Shown here piece by piece: positions 30,187 through 40,087 of a stretch of DNA of 64,000 nt (positions are counted from its first letter, which is position 1; each line of letters opens with the position of its first letter). This DNA comes from an uncultured candidate division Zixibacteria bacterium. Lineage in GTDB: Bacteria; Zixibacteria; MSB-5A5; GN15; FEB-12. The stretch lies in NCBI GenBank assembly GCA_963735035.1, contig CAVTJJ010000004.1, positions 704,001-768,000 of the forward strand, written 5' to 3'. A model generated the notes under the pieces. It was not told the origin of the DNA. It ran no database searches and saw only the letters and a list, made by a program, of their open reading frames with translations. The translations under genes and the position numbers were made by a program.

Positions 30187-32526
30187 TTACTTCTCGTGTT
30201 TCATGAGTTCGATCAGAGCCGCCGCCTGACCCAGCGAAATGCCACCGTCGTTGGTCGGGACGCGCTGATGATAATACACTCTCCGCCCGAGGCCGACGAG
30301 TCGGTCATAGGTCAATTCCAAAAGCATGCGGTTCTGAAAACAACCACCCGTCAGCACGACCGTCGGGGTCTCAACCGTCTGTACCGCCGCCGCGATCATT
30401 TCCACAAGCGTATGGTGGCACCTCGCGGCGATTCTGTCAAGCCTTACCTGCCGATGGATGTCATCGATCACCGGGCGCACCATCGGTTCCCAATCCAGCA
30501 CCATCGCCTTGTCTCGCCTATTCACGGCAAATTCGTACGGTACCTCTGGCTCGGACGCTTCGGCGGCGTATTGCAGCAACATGGCCGCTTCGCCCTCATA
30601 CGAGGTCACTTGCGAGAGGCCTAGCAGCGATGCCAGTCCGTCGAACAGACGCCCGGCGCTCGTTGTCTCAAACGTATTCAGCCCACTCTCAATCATGTGA
30701 AGCAGCAGAGTCAGATCGTTCTCGGAATACTGCTTGACCGACTCCAGATCGCGCCGGGTGTCCAGTTCTCGACCAAAGATTTCGTAGAGCAGACCCAGTG
30801 CCGAGCGACGTGGCTCGGTAATAGCTTTGTCTCCACCGGGGAGGGGGAAGGGTCGAAGATAGCCGACTCGATCAAATCCTTCTTTACCGACCAGCAGGAA
30901 TTCGCCGCCCCAGATGGTTCCATCACTACCGAGCCCGGTGCCGTCCCAGGAGACCCCCAGCACAGGTTGCTTCAAGCCGTGCTCAGCCATGCAAGAGAGC
31001 ACATGAGCATAATGATGCTGAACGGTGGTGGGGCTTGGATCGAACGTGTGAGCGACGTGAGTCGAATGGTAGTCAGGATGAAGATCACACGCGGCGTGGT
31101 CAAACGAGACGGAATACAATTCAGATGCTGACCCAATAGCCGCTTCCATCGCGGCCTGTGATTTCGGCCCGGACAGGTCACCGATGTGTTGGCTGATGAC
31201 TATCTGTGAGCCGGATGTAAACGCGATTGTGTTTTTCAGGTGCGATCCCACTGCAAGCAGCGGTGGGGGAGAGCTGTCTATTGGAATGGATACTGGTGAG
31301 TATCCCCGCGCGGCGCGGAGGACAACGATTGTGTCTCTGACGCGATGAACCACCGAATCATCCAGCGGTCGTGCTATAGGTCGGTCGTGAACCAGGAATA
31401 GTTCGGCAATTTGTCCGAGTTGTTGGACCGCTTCGCGTTCGTCAATGCAAATCGGTTCTTCGGAAAGATTGCCACTGGTAGCGACAATCGGGAAGGCCAG
31501 CTCTCTCAGGAGCAGATGATGCATCGGCGTGTAAGGCAGCATCACGCCATGGTATGGACTTCGTGGCGCCACGCTCTCAGCAATGCCAAGCCGGCCGCCT
31601 CCCTTTCTCTTGAGCAGCACAATCGGAGCCGCTGCGGAACGCAGGGCTGTTTCTTCAACTGAAGATGTGATGAAGTCATCACTTATCGTCGTGCAATCCG
31701 GATACATGAGCGCAAACGGTTTTGACGGGCGGTGTTTCCGCAAGCGCAGTCGGGACACCGATTCTTCATTGCGCGCATCTACGAGAAGTTGAAAGCCACC
31801 CAGGCCCTTGAGGGCGACTACACGACCTCCGCGAATCGCCTCGCAGGCGAACATGAGTGCCTTGTCCTTGTCTGCAATGATCTTGCCGTCCGCATCCCAC
31901 AACTGTAATTGCGGACCGCAAGTGGGGCAGGCGTTCGGCTGGGCGTGAAAACGGCGGTTGGTAGGATCATCATACTCGGCCTGGCAGGCGGGACACATCG
32001 TAAACCGCTTCATAGTTGTGCGTGGACGATCATACGGGACGGCTTCGATGATACTGTATCTGGGGCCACAGTGCGTGCAATTGGTGAAAGGATAGCGGTA
32101 GCGGCGATTGGACGGGTCAAACACTTCGGCAATGCACTCCGGGCAAGTAGCCAAATCCGGAATAACCGTAGCGCTCCCGGAGTTGCGGCCGACGCTGTGT
32201 TCGATTGTGAATCCTGAAGAGTCTGACAATGGGAGGCGTTCCACTGTTTGACTGTCGATCGATGCCTGCGGCGGCAACTGACGCGTCAATTCTGAGATGA
32301 ACCGTTCCACTTTGACGAGCGAACCCTGGATATCAATAGTGACGCCATCGCCGGTGTTCTTTACTGTCCCCACGAGCCCTAATGCGGTAGCCAGACGATA
32401 AACGAACGGTCGGAAACCTACACCCTGCACCCGGCCTCGGAGCTGAATCTGAAAGTGTGCGAGCTTCGTGCCGGGACTAGTGCCGACAAATTGGGGATGA
32501 GAGCCGTCGCCCGCGTCTTCAGACAT
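30187..32526 (-). CDS. hypF: Carbamoyltransferase HypF
   Basis: GRVQGVGFRPFV, two zinc fingers, RRFHAQPNAC, KGLGGF, DLHPDY, NDGGISLGQ. Confidence 0.96.
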   Translation of the reverse strand: MSEDAGDGSHPQFVGTSPGTKLAHFQIQLRGRVQGVGFRPFVYRLATALGLVGTVKNTGDGVTIDIQGSLVKVERFISELTRQLPPQASIDSQTVERLPLSDSSGFTIEHSVGRNSGSATVIPDLATCPECIAEVFDPSNRRYRYPFTNCTHCGPRYSIIEAVPYDRPRTTMKRFTMCPACQAEYDDPTNRRFHAQPNACPTCGPQLQLWDADGKIIADKDKALMFACEAIRGGRVVALKGLGGFQLLVDARNEESVSRLRLRKHRPSKPFALMYPDCTTISDDFITSSVEETALRSAAAPIVLLKRKGGGRLGIAESVAPRSPYHGVMLPYTPMHHLLLRELAFPIVATSGNLSEEPICIDEREAVQQLGQIAELFLVHDRPIARPLDDSVVHRVRDTIVVLRAARGYSPVSIPIDSSPPPLLAVGSHLKNTIAFTSGSQIVISQHIGDLSGPKSQAAMEAAIGSASELYSVSFDHAACDLHPDYHSTHVAHTFDPSPTTVQHHYAHVLSCMAEHGLKQPVLGVSWDGTGLGSDGTIWGGEFLLVGKEGFDRVGYLRPFPLPGGDKAITEPRRSALGLLYEIFGRELDTRRDLESVKQYSENDLTLLLHMIESGLNTFETTSAGRLFDGLASLLGLSQVTSYEGEAAMLLQYAAEASEPEVPYEFAVNRRDKAMVLDWEPMVRPVIDDIHRQVRLDRIAARCHHTLVEMIAAAVQTVETPTVVLTGGCFQNRMLLELTYDRLVGLGRRVYYHQRVPTNDGGISLGQAAALIELMKHEK

Positions 32527-32995
32527 CGGCAACCCGACCTATCTCGGCGACTATTCGGTCGGCGACCTCAAGAACGGCCGTGGCTACCTGGGGAGTCATT
32601 ACTGTGCCGTAGTCGAAATTGATCCCCTCGATGCCATAAAGAACCAGTTGGCGGGGTTGTTTACCCAGAGTCCGGGCAATCTCAATGATCTGGCTCAGGC
32701 TCAGTCGATGCGAGCTGGCTGGAGGGAAAACGTCCTCGGGGAGGTTTTCGATGAAAGGCTCGAAGCGAAATATTTTTCCCGGCTCTGCGCCTGATTTGAC
32801 GCCGTCGATGAGGAAGACCGCGCGATACTCACACCAGGCCATGATCAATCCGGTTGCGTCGGCCAAAGGTTGTATGAGATCAACTTGACCGTCACACATC
32901 TCTATCACCCGGCGGGCAGTGGCAGGGCCGCAGCCATCGTCACTTCGGAACTCGTTGCCGAGCCCGACTACAACATATGGCGCCGGGTCGTTCAT
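32519..32995 (-). CDS. Hydrogenase maturation protease
   Basis: GLGNEFRSDDGCG, IDGV, SSH, GIEG. Confidence 0.9.
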   Translation of the reverse strand: MNDPAPYVVVGLGNEFRSDDGCGPATARRVIEMCDGQVDLIQPLADATGLIMAWCEYRAVFLIDGVKSGAEPGKIFRFEPFIENLPEDVFPPASSHRLSLSQIIEIARTLGKQPRQLVLYGIEGINFDYGTVMTPQVATAVLEVADRIVAEIGRVADV

Positions 32996-33001
32996 AGGCA
33001 A

Positions 33002-34298
33002 TCAGGTGTCCTCGTGCTCGATCTTCAGCCTCAGGAAGTGGCAGGAACAGGATATACACGGATCGTAGTTGCGCACCACCTGTTCGCACTGCCAGGTCAG
33101 CTTCTCATGAGACAGGTGCAAATTCTTCTGGACGAACTCTTTAAGGTCCAGTTCGATTGATTTCTGGTTCTGCGATGTCGGCGGAATGATCCGGGCGGTC
33201 TTGATGAGGCCGTCCGCGCCAATCTGGTAGCGATGGTAGAGAATACCACGGGGTGCTTCGGTACAGCCGTGGCCGACTCCGTCACGTGGGGTGCATTCAA
33301 TATACGACTGCGCCGGTTCCTGGTATTCCTTGATGATTCGCAACGCTTCATAGCAGGCGAAGACCGTCTCGACCGCTCTGATGACGATACTCTTGAACGG
33401 GTTGAGACAATTCGGGCTCAGGCCAACATCACTCGCGGCTTTGCGGGCGATCTCCGGAAGTTGATCGTAGTTGTTACAGAAACGCGCCAGCGGACCGGTC
33501 AAATAATCACCTCGGGCCTTGATGCGACCCTGCAGCGATGTCGAATGCGACACGTGTTCTTCTTCGAATACGTCAAGGAATTGGTCGAGGGTAATGTCGA
33601 TTCCCTTGTTGGAAACGACTCGTCCTTCAGTGATGGCGTATTCATCGGGATGTTTCAGAGACACCAGTTCGTAGTCGCGTTCGAAATCCGGGAACGTTAG
33701 AGCCGGCCGTGAACTTGACCGCTTCGAGTGAGAATTCCAGCGCCCATTGCAGGGGCTCGATCAAGGCGTCGAGTTCGGTTTTGTACGGAGCACGATAGAA
33801 ACCACCCACCCGGGTGTTAATCGGATGAATCTCACGGCCGCCTATCACCACCATTAGATCGTTGCCGATCTTCTTCAGCCGGAGTGCCTTCTGAACCAGT
33901 TCCGGATGATCGTGGGCCATGCGCAGGCCGTCTTCATATCCGAGGAAATCAGGGGCGTGCAGCAGAAACATGTGCAGGGCGTGTGACTCTATCCATTCGC
34001 CGCAGTAGATCAGACGGCGCAGTTGCCGCAAAACGCCTTCGACCCGCACTCCGCACGCTTGCTCCATGGCATGACTGGAGCTCATTTGATACGCGATGGG
34101 GCAGATGCCGCAAATGCGGGCGGTGATGTCGGGTGCTTCGGTAAACTTGCGGTCTTGCAAGAAAGCCTCGAAGAACCGGGGCGGCTCGAAGATATTGAAC
34201 TGAACTTCGGAGACTTTATCCTTACGGACCTTGACCAGCAAACCGCCTTCGCCCTCGACACGGGCGAGGTAATCGACTTTGATTGTCTTATGCTTCAT
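33002..34298 (-). CDS. Group 3b [NiFe]-hydrogenase large (alpha) subunit, one +1 frameshift at ~33702
   Basis: ARVEGEG, L1 [20 protein letters not shown]2 [10 protein letters not shown] with a cleavable C-terminal extension. Confidence 0.92.
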
Positions 34299-35071
34299 AT
34301 AATTCACCCTGCCGACGGAACGGTTCTGCCGTGGCGTTAAAGCTGCGGAAGGCTCGCACGATCTCGTCGCGGGGCGCACCCATCTGTTCGAACCAGGCGG
34401 CGAGCGAGGCGGTGTTTGGAGTTTCCTTGGGTCCAAAGCAGGCGAAGCAGCCACGATTGAATGAAGGGCAGAGAGCGTTGCACCCGGCCTGGGTTACCGG
34501 ACCAAGGCAGGAGGTTCCGCCCGCCACCATCACACAGACTGTTCCCCGGCGTTTGCACTCCATGCAGACGCTGTGCGTGGAGATATTGGGACGGCGGCCG
34601 TTGAGGTAGGCGCTGATCACCTCCACCAGTTGATACTTATTGATCGGACAGCCGCGCAATTCGAAATCCACGAACACGTGATCGGAGATTGGGGTCGACT
34701 TGCCAAGAGTTTCGATATACTCCGGATGGGCATAGACGATAGTGACGTAGTCCTGCACATTCGTAAAATTACGGAGAGCCTGAATCCCCCCGGCGGTGGC
34801 GCAAGCGCCGATAGTGATCAGGGTCTTGGAGGCCCGACGGATGCCGTGAATCCGTTCGGCGTCATGCGAGGTTGTAATGGAACCCTCGACGAGGGAGATT
34901 TCGTACGGTCCCTTCGATGACGGCTCGTGAAGCCTCGGGGAAATTGGCAATGGTTACGTGTTCGGCGACAGCCAGAAGTTCTTCTTCACAGTCAAGCAGA
35001 GACAATTGACAGCCGTCACACGAGGCAAACTTCCAGACGGCCAGTTTCGGTTTATTCGATAGCGGTGTCAT
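34288..35071 (-). CDS. Group 3b [NiFe]-hydrogenase small (delta) subunit, one +1 frameshift at ~34911
   Basis: [38 protein letters not shown]; removing one G gives [12 protein letters not shown]. Confidence 0.9.
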
Positions 35072-35072
35072 A

Positions 35073-35942
35073 TCACATTTCTCGTTTCGAGAACACGTCT
35101 CTAATGCGGTCACAGCGATACACGGGGCCGTCCTTGCAGACAAAGCGGGGTCCCATTTGACAGTGGCCGCAGAGGCCGATGCCGCATTTCATGTTGCGTT
35201 CCATGGACAGGTAGATTTGGGAATGATCGACGCCGCGCCGTTCCAATTCGATGACCGTAAAGCGCATCATTATCTCAGGTCCGCAAATCATGGCAACGGT
35301 GTTGTGAGGATCGAACGGAGCGCGGGTGATCAGGTTCGTGACCACGCCGACATTCCCTCGCCAGGGCCCGGTGGCGCGATCGACGGTCACGTGCAGGTCC
35401 AGATCGAACCGTGAGCGCCAGCGCTCCAGGTCTTTCCGGAAGAGAATATCCTCGGGCATACGAGTGCCGTACAAGAGCACGACTTTCCCGTATTTGTCCC
35501 GATTGGCGAGAAGGTGGTAGATCACCGGACGCAGGGGGGCGAGGCCTATGCCGCCCGCAACGACCACAACGTCACTTCCTTCGGCTTCATCCACCGGCCA
35601 GGCTGTGCCATAGGGACCACGCACACCCAGAGTATCGCCCGCTTTCAAGCGTCGCATCGCCCGGGTGACCGTACCAACTTCGCGGGTAGTGTGGGTTAAA
35701 GTAGTTGCGATCTGAGGGTCGCCGCTGATGGAAATCGGTACTTCACCTACCCCGAAAGCATAAAGCATGTTGAACTGGCCGGGGAGGAACCGAAAGTGCC
35801 GTTCGCCATGCATCTTCTCGAGGTCGAGGGTAAACGTATCGACGGTTTCGCGGGTGACCCGCCGGATGATATACGGATCGGACACCATCGGGCCGATCAC
35901 GTCATTTTCTTGCACGCTAGGATTTGCTTGAACCATGACCAT
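35073..35942 (-). CDS. Group 3b hydrogenase gamma subunit (FAD/NAD(P)-binding, 2Fe-2S)
   Basis: [52 protein letters not shown]. Confidence 0.93.
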   Translation of the reverse strand: MVMVQANPSVQENDVIGPMVSDPYIIRRVTRETVDTFTLDLEKMHGERHFRFLPGQFNMLYAFGVGEVPISISGDPQIATTLTHTTREVGTVTRAMRRLKAGDTLGVRGPYGTAWPVDEAEGSDVVVVAGGIGLAPLRPVIYHLLANRDKYGKVVLLYGTRMPEDILFRKDLERWRSRFDLDLHVTVDRATGPWRGNVGVVTNLITRAPFDPHNTVAMICGPEIMMRFTVIELERRGVDHSQIYLSMERNMKCGIGLCGHCQMGPRFVCKDGPVYRCDRIRDVFSKREM

Positions 35943-36387
35943 ATACGTCCATTAGTTGCAAACGAGTAATATCAAGTCTTTGGGCCACGAGGATCAGGAA
36001 ACGTTTCATCATTTCATAGCCGAGGTCGTGATCTTCTTCGCATTTGTTACGCAGGCATTTGCCATCCATCGCCACCGCTCGGGTAAGTTCGACCGCGCGA
36101 GCGTCGAAATGCCAGCGATACGGTGGAACAATCCACGACCAGCCGAACACTTCGCCGTCGGTACGCGTCCCAATCGCGACCGGTCCCTTTTGCGGCACTA
36201 GTGTCTCTACCTGTACCCGTCCCTGTCGGATAAAATAGAAGTGATCGGCAGGGCTGTCGGCCCGGAAGATGAACTCACCGGCTTTGAACACGACATTCGA
36301 GGCACACCCGTTCAACAGCGCAATCTGTGATTCATTGAAACCCTTGAAGAAAGGGTGCTCGGCCAGGATTCTTTCGAGGTTCTCCAT
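35917..36387 (-). CDS. Stand-alone cyclic nucleotide-binding domain protein
   Basis: [22 protein letters not shown]; no C-terminal HTH. Confidence 0.88.
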   Translation of the reverse strand: MENLERILAEHPFFKGFNESQIALLNGCASNVVFKAGEFIFRADSPADHFYFIRQGRVQVETLVPQKGPVAIGTRTDGEVFGWSWIVPPYRWHFDARAVELTRAVAMDGKCLRNKCEEDHDLGYEMMKRFLILVAQRLDITRLQLMDVYGHGSSKS

Positions 36388-36430
36388 AAAGCCTCCTTAT
36401 TTCCAGTTAATCTTGATCGTGTCCATCCGG

Positions 36431-37564
36431 TCACTTCGCCAACACGGCGGCCTCTTCGGTAATGTCGATTCCCACCGGGCACCAGGTAATGCATCGCCCG
36501 CACCCCACGCACCCGGGCACGCCGAACTGGTCCTGCCAGTAGGCGAGTTTGTGCATCAGCCACTGACGATAACGCGACTGCTCCGATGCTCGTACGGCGC
36601 CGCCATGAATGTACGAGAAGCCGACCGAGAAGCAGGAATCCCAGCACCGCTCCCGATCGGCCTGCTGACCGGCCAGGTCGGTCGAATCGATCACGTTGAC
36701 ACAAAAACAGGTGGGACAGACCATAGTGCAGTTGCCGCAACTGAGGCAGCGTTCGGCTACTTTCTCCCAATGCTTGGAGTCGAATCGCGTATTGAGCCGA
36801 TCTTTGAGTCCGGCAGTCTTGAGATGCTTGCCCATAGATGAGACAGCCTGATCTATCACGTGACGCGCGGCTGTCTGATCGGCGTCGGTTGCAGGTTGCG
36901 CCGGAACCGTATCGAGCAGAGCCTTCCCCTTTTCAGAACCGACTTCGATTACAAAAGAGTGATGTCCGTCGGCGAAAACTTCCGTCAGCGCCAGATCGAA
37001 CCCGGACTTTGCTTCGGGACCGGTATCCATTGAGGCACAGAAGCAATTTCCGCCCGGACGGGCGCAATTGACTGCAATTATAAACGCATTGGCTCGCAGC
37101 CGACGGTAATACGGGTCGTCATAAGTGCCATGCGACAATATCTGGTCATGAATTGCCAGCGCTTTGAGTTCGCAAGGGCGGACTCCCAGCAATGCGATTC
37201 TTGGATTGTCCGCTTCACCGGGGGACTGAATCTCAAAGCTGTGACCCGATTTCCGGGCCGACCAGATTTTGTGGAGCGATGGATAGAAGATCTTCTTCCA
37301 ACCATGAGGCCCGACTACATAGTCAAATAGCGCCGGGCGGTCCGATTTCACGAGCCGGTAGCGGCCGCCTGATTGTTCATCCCGCCAACCTGTGGGCAGT
37401 TGCTCGAGGTTCGTGATTTCCTGATAAGTTACCGCATTCTCGCGAACGGTCGGTCCGAAGATTCGGTACTGTTGAGTTGATAAGGCATCGAGCAAGGCCT
37501 GAAGATGTGCCTTATCTAGAGTGTGAAGGGCCACGGAGGAACTTACCTGGTTTTCATTCATCAT
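36431..37564 (-). CDS. Group 3b hydrogenase beta subunit (4Fe-4S dicluster)
   Basis: GVRPCE, CFC, CLSCGNCTMVCPTCFC, WDSCF, CVGCGRCITWCPVGID. Confidence 0.93.
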   Translation of the reverse strand: MMNENQVSSSVALHTLDKAHLQALLDALSTQQYRIFGPTVRENAVTYQEITNLEQLPTGWRDEQSGGRYRLVKSDRPALFDYVVGPHGWKKIFYPSLHKIWSARKSGHSFEIQSPGEADNPRIALLGVRPCELKALAIHDQILSHGTYDDPYYRRLRANAFIIAVNCARPGGNCFCASMDTGPEAKSGFDLALTEVFADGHHSFVIEVGSEKGKALLDTVPAQPATDADQTAARHVIDQAVSSMGKHLKTAGLKDRLNTRFDSKHWEKVAERCLSCGNCTMVCPTCFCVNVIDSTDLAGQQADRERCWDSCFSVGFSYIHGGAVRASEQSRYRQWLMHKLAYWQDQFGVPGCVGCGRCITWCPVGIDITEEAAVLAK

Positions 37565-37743
37565 AGAGACCTGTCGGTATTAGTCACAGAGAACGGTTGT
37601 TCCAATCATATCGACTGCCTTTCACGGCGCATCATGTCGAATTGTAGGCCGTGAATCAAGTTACTTTATAATAACCTCCGGAAAAGATTAGTACAAGTTA
37701 ATTCGTCAAGATTGCAGTTTTCATTCTTAGGCGCCGCGATACT

Positions 37744-37761
37744 TTGTGAAATGTGTCACAA
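37744..37761. promoter_or_regulatory. Rex-box / CRP-FNR-type palindromic operator
   Basis: TTGTGAA-ATGT-GTCACAA; one mismatch to TTGTGAA-N4-TTCACAA and an exact TGTGA-N6-TCACA; lies in the divergent hydrogenase/OPT intergenic region. Confidence 0.7.
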
Positions 37762-37872
37762 GCTAAAATCGCGCTAGGTATCCTCATTTGTCCGAGTGCG
37801 GTGCCGGACTTGCGTTTGGGATGGGATTTCAGTTGCCCACGATGGCTGGAAACTTGTCACAGAAATCGATAC

Positions 37873-37901
37873 TGGACAAACAACCCTGACGGAATTATGA
37901 T
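37873..37901 (+). promoter_or_regulatory. Sigma70-like promoter candidate for the OPT gene
   Basis: TGGACA-N17-TATGAT. Confidence 0.4.
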
Positions 37902-38013
37902 AGATCCGATTGGCTAATTAATGAGCGATTGTGGCATCTACAAACTGCAAAAAGCATTCACCGACGGCCCCGCCCCTGTTACTTCCGCCGTCTGACCCGT
38001 TGAGGAGATATCG

Positions 38014-39909
38014 ATGAGTTCAACACCTAAGAAAGACACGCTAAATCCGGATACTCCGAAGAAGCTGACCCCAGAGGAAATCGAGCTCAACTGGTATCAC
38101 AACGTGTACCAGGGTGATAACATGAAGCAGTTGACCTGGCGGGCGACCATTACGGGCGCTTGTATCGGCATGATCATGGCGGTTTCCAATATCTTCGTGG
38201 GGCTTAAGACCGGCTGGTCGCTCGGTGTGGCCATTACCGCCTGCATCATCTCTTTCACCGTCTATCGCGCACTTACTGCCGCTTTTCCGCGTTTGTTCAA
38301 GACCGAGATTACCCTGTTGGAAAATAACTGCATGCAGTCGACGGCGTCGTCCGCCGGCGCCGGCACTGGAATCATCATGGTGTCATCGATCTCGGCCTAT
38401 CTGATGATTACCGGTCACCACATCCCCTGGTACATACTCTCGCCCTGGATTCTGTTCGTTGCGTCGCTGGGAGTGTTCATGGCTATACCCATGAAGCGCA
38501 ATCTGATCAATATCGAACAGCTCAAATTCCCGAGTGGCATCGCGGCGGCCGAGACACTGCGGAGTCTGCACTCCAAGGGTGGCGACGCGGTCCAAAAGGC
38601 CCGAGCCCTGGGCGTTTCCGGTCTGTTTGGGGCGGTGTTATGTTGGTGCCGCGACGGACGCATGCCGTTTGGCATACCGAACATCCCCGCCACTTTGGCG
38701 ATTCCGCAGAGTTGGTTTACACTGGGAGGATACGAGCTGTCCCGATGGACCATTTCTTTCGACATGAACACAGTCATGCTGGCCGCGGGAGCTATTATTG
38801 GAATTAAAGTGGCCTGGTCGATGCTATTCGGGGCTATCCTCAACTACGCCGTGTTGGCCCCTATCATGGTCAAATCCGGAGTAATTCCGGCCGACGGTCT
38901 CGGATTCCGCGCGATTGTGCGCTGGAGCACCTGGACCGGCGCGTCAATCATGGTGACCTCTGGTCTGCTGGCCTTCTTTATGCAGTGGCGGACAATTGCT
39001 CGCGCTTTCAGCGGCATTACCAAGATGTTCTCCAGCAAGTCTCCGTCGCCGGACGGCTCCTCGTATGTGGATCCCCTTGAGCGGATCGAGGTGCCGGCGT
39101 CCTGGTTCCTCTGGGGTGTGACTATCTCCGGGCTGGGGGCAATTATCATTCTCGTGTCGTTCTTCCAGACTGCCTGGTGGATGGGTGTGGTGGCCGTGTT
39201 GATGACCTTCTTCCTCTCCATCGTGGCTTGCCGGGCTGCAGGTGAGTCCGACATCACACCGGTCGGAGCAATGGGCAAGATCACCCAGCTTATGTTCGGT
39301 GCACTGTCACCGTCAAATATGACCACGAATCTGATGACCGCCGGTCTGACATCCGGTGCCGCTTCGTCATCGTCCGACCTCCTCTTCGACCTCAAATCCG
39401 GATATTTGCTGGGCGCCAATCCGCGCAAGCAGTTCCTGGCGCAGTTTCTGGGTTGCTTCTTTGGGACATTGGTGGTGGTTCCGGCTTTCTACCTTCTGAT
39501 CCCCGATGCCTCGTACCTCGGCTCCGATCAATTCCCGGCTCCGGCCGCGCAGGTGTGGAAAGCCGTGGCCGAGTTGTTGTCTCAGGGCCTTGGGGCGCTG
39601 CATCCGACGGCCCGGATGGGGATGCTGACCGGCGGTCTGATCGGTATCATCCTGCCACTGTTACCCCGCTTCCTGCCCGAGAAGACCCACAAGTTCATCC
39701 CTTCGGCTATGGGGCTGGGTCTGGCGTTTGTAATTCAGTTCTTCAATTCGCTGTCGATGTTCATCGGCGCCGTGATTGCCCTGGTGCTGACCAAGAAGAA
39801 ACCGGCCATGGCCGACATGTACATTATTCCAGTGGCCTCAGGTATTATTGCCGGTGAATCGCTTATGGGGGTAACCGTGGCCCTGCTCCAGAATCTTGCA
39901 GGTATGTAA
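38014..39909 (+). CDS. OPT family oligopeptide transporter
   Basis: QLTWRA, GLKTGW, LLENNCMQSTASS, LKFPSGIAAAETL, DLKSGYLLGANPRKQ, PAPAAQVWKAVA. Confidence 0.92.
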   Translation: MSSTPKKDTLNPDTPKKLTPEEIELNWYHNVYQGDNMKQLTWRATITGACIGMIMAVSNIFVGLKTGWSLGVAITACIISFTVYRALTAAFPRLFKTEITLLENNCMQSTASSAGAGTGIIMVSSISAYLMITGHHIPWYILSPWILFVASLGVFMAIPMKRNLINIEQLKFPSGIAAAETLRSLHSKGGDAVQKARALGVSGLFGAVLCWCRDGRMPFGIPNIPATLAIPQSWFTLGGYELSRWTISFDMNTVMLAAGAIIGIKVAWSMLFGAILNYAVLAPIMVKSGVIPADGLGFRAIVRWSTWTGASIMVTSGLLAFFMQWRTIARAFSGITKMFSSKSPSPDGSSYVDPLERIEVPASWFLWGVTISGLGAIIILVSFFQTAWWMGVVAVLMTFFLSIVACRAAGESDITPVGAMGKITQLMFGALSPSNMTTNLMTAGLTSGAASSSSDLLFDLKSGYLLGANPRKQFLAQFLGCFFGTLVVVPAFYLLIPDASYLGSDQFPAPAAQVWKAVAELLSQGLGALHPTARMGMLTGGLIGIILPLLPRFLPEKTHKFIPSAMGLGLAFVIQFFNSLSMFIGAVIALVLTKKKPAMADMYIIPVASGIIAGESLMGVTVALLQNLAGM

Positions 39910-39961
39910 AAGGCACTGAAGGCTTCAGGATCTCCTGACTTCTCCGAAATGCACAAACTCG

Positions 39962-39994
39962 CGGCCCGCCCTAAACAGGCGGGCCGTCTTATTT
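39962..39994 (+). terminator. Intrinsic terminator
   Basis: CGGCCCGCC-loop-GGCGGGCCG followed by TCTTATTT. Confidence 0.7.
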
Positions 39995-40087
39995 AGACTT
40001 GTCACCAATCTGGAGGGACTTTACTTTTGTCGGCGCGGGGCTTAGCTCCGATTCTTGACCGCGGGCATAAGTAACAAGGGTAGTGCT

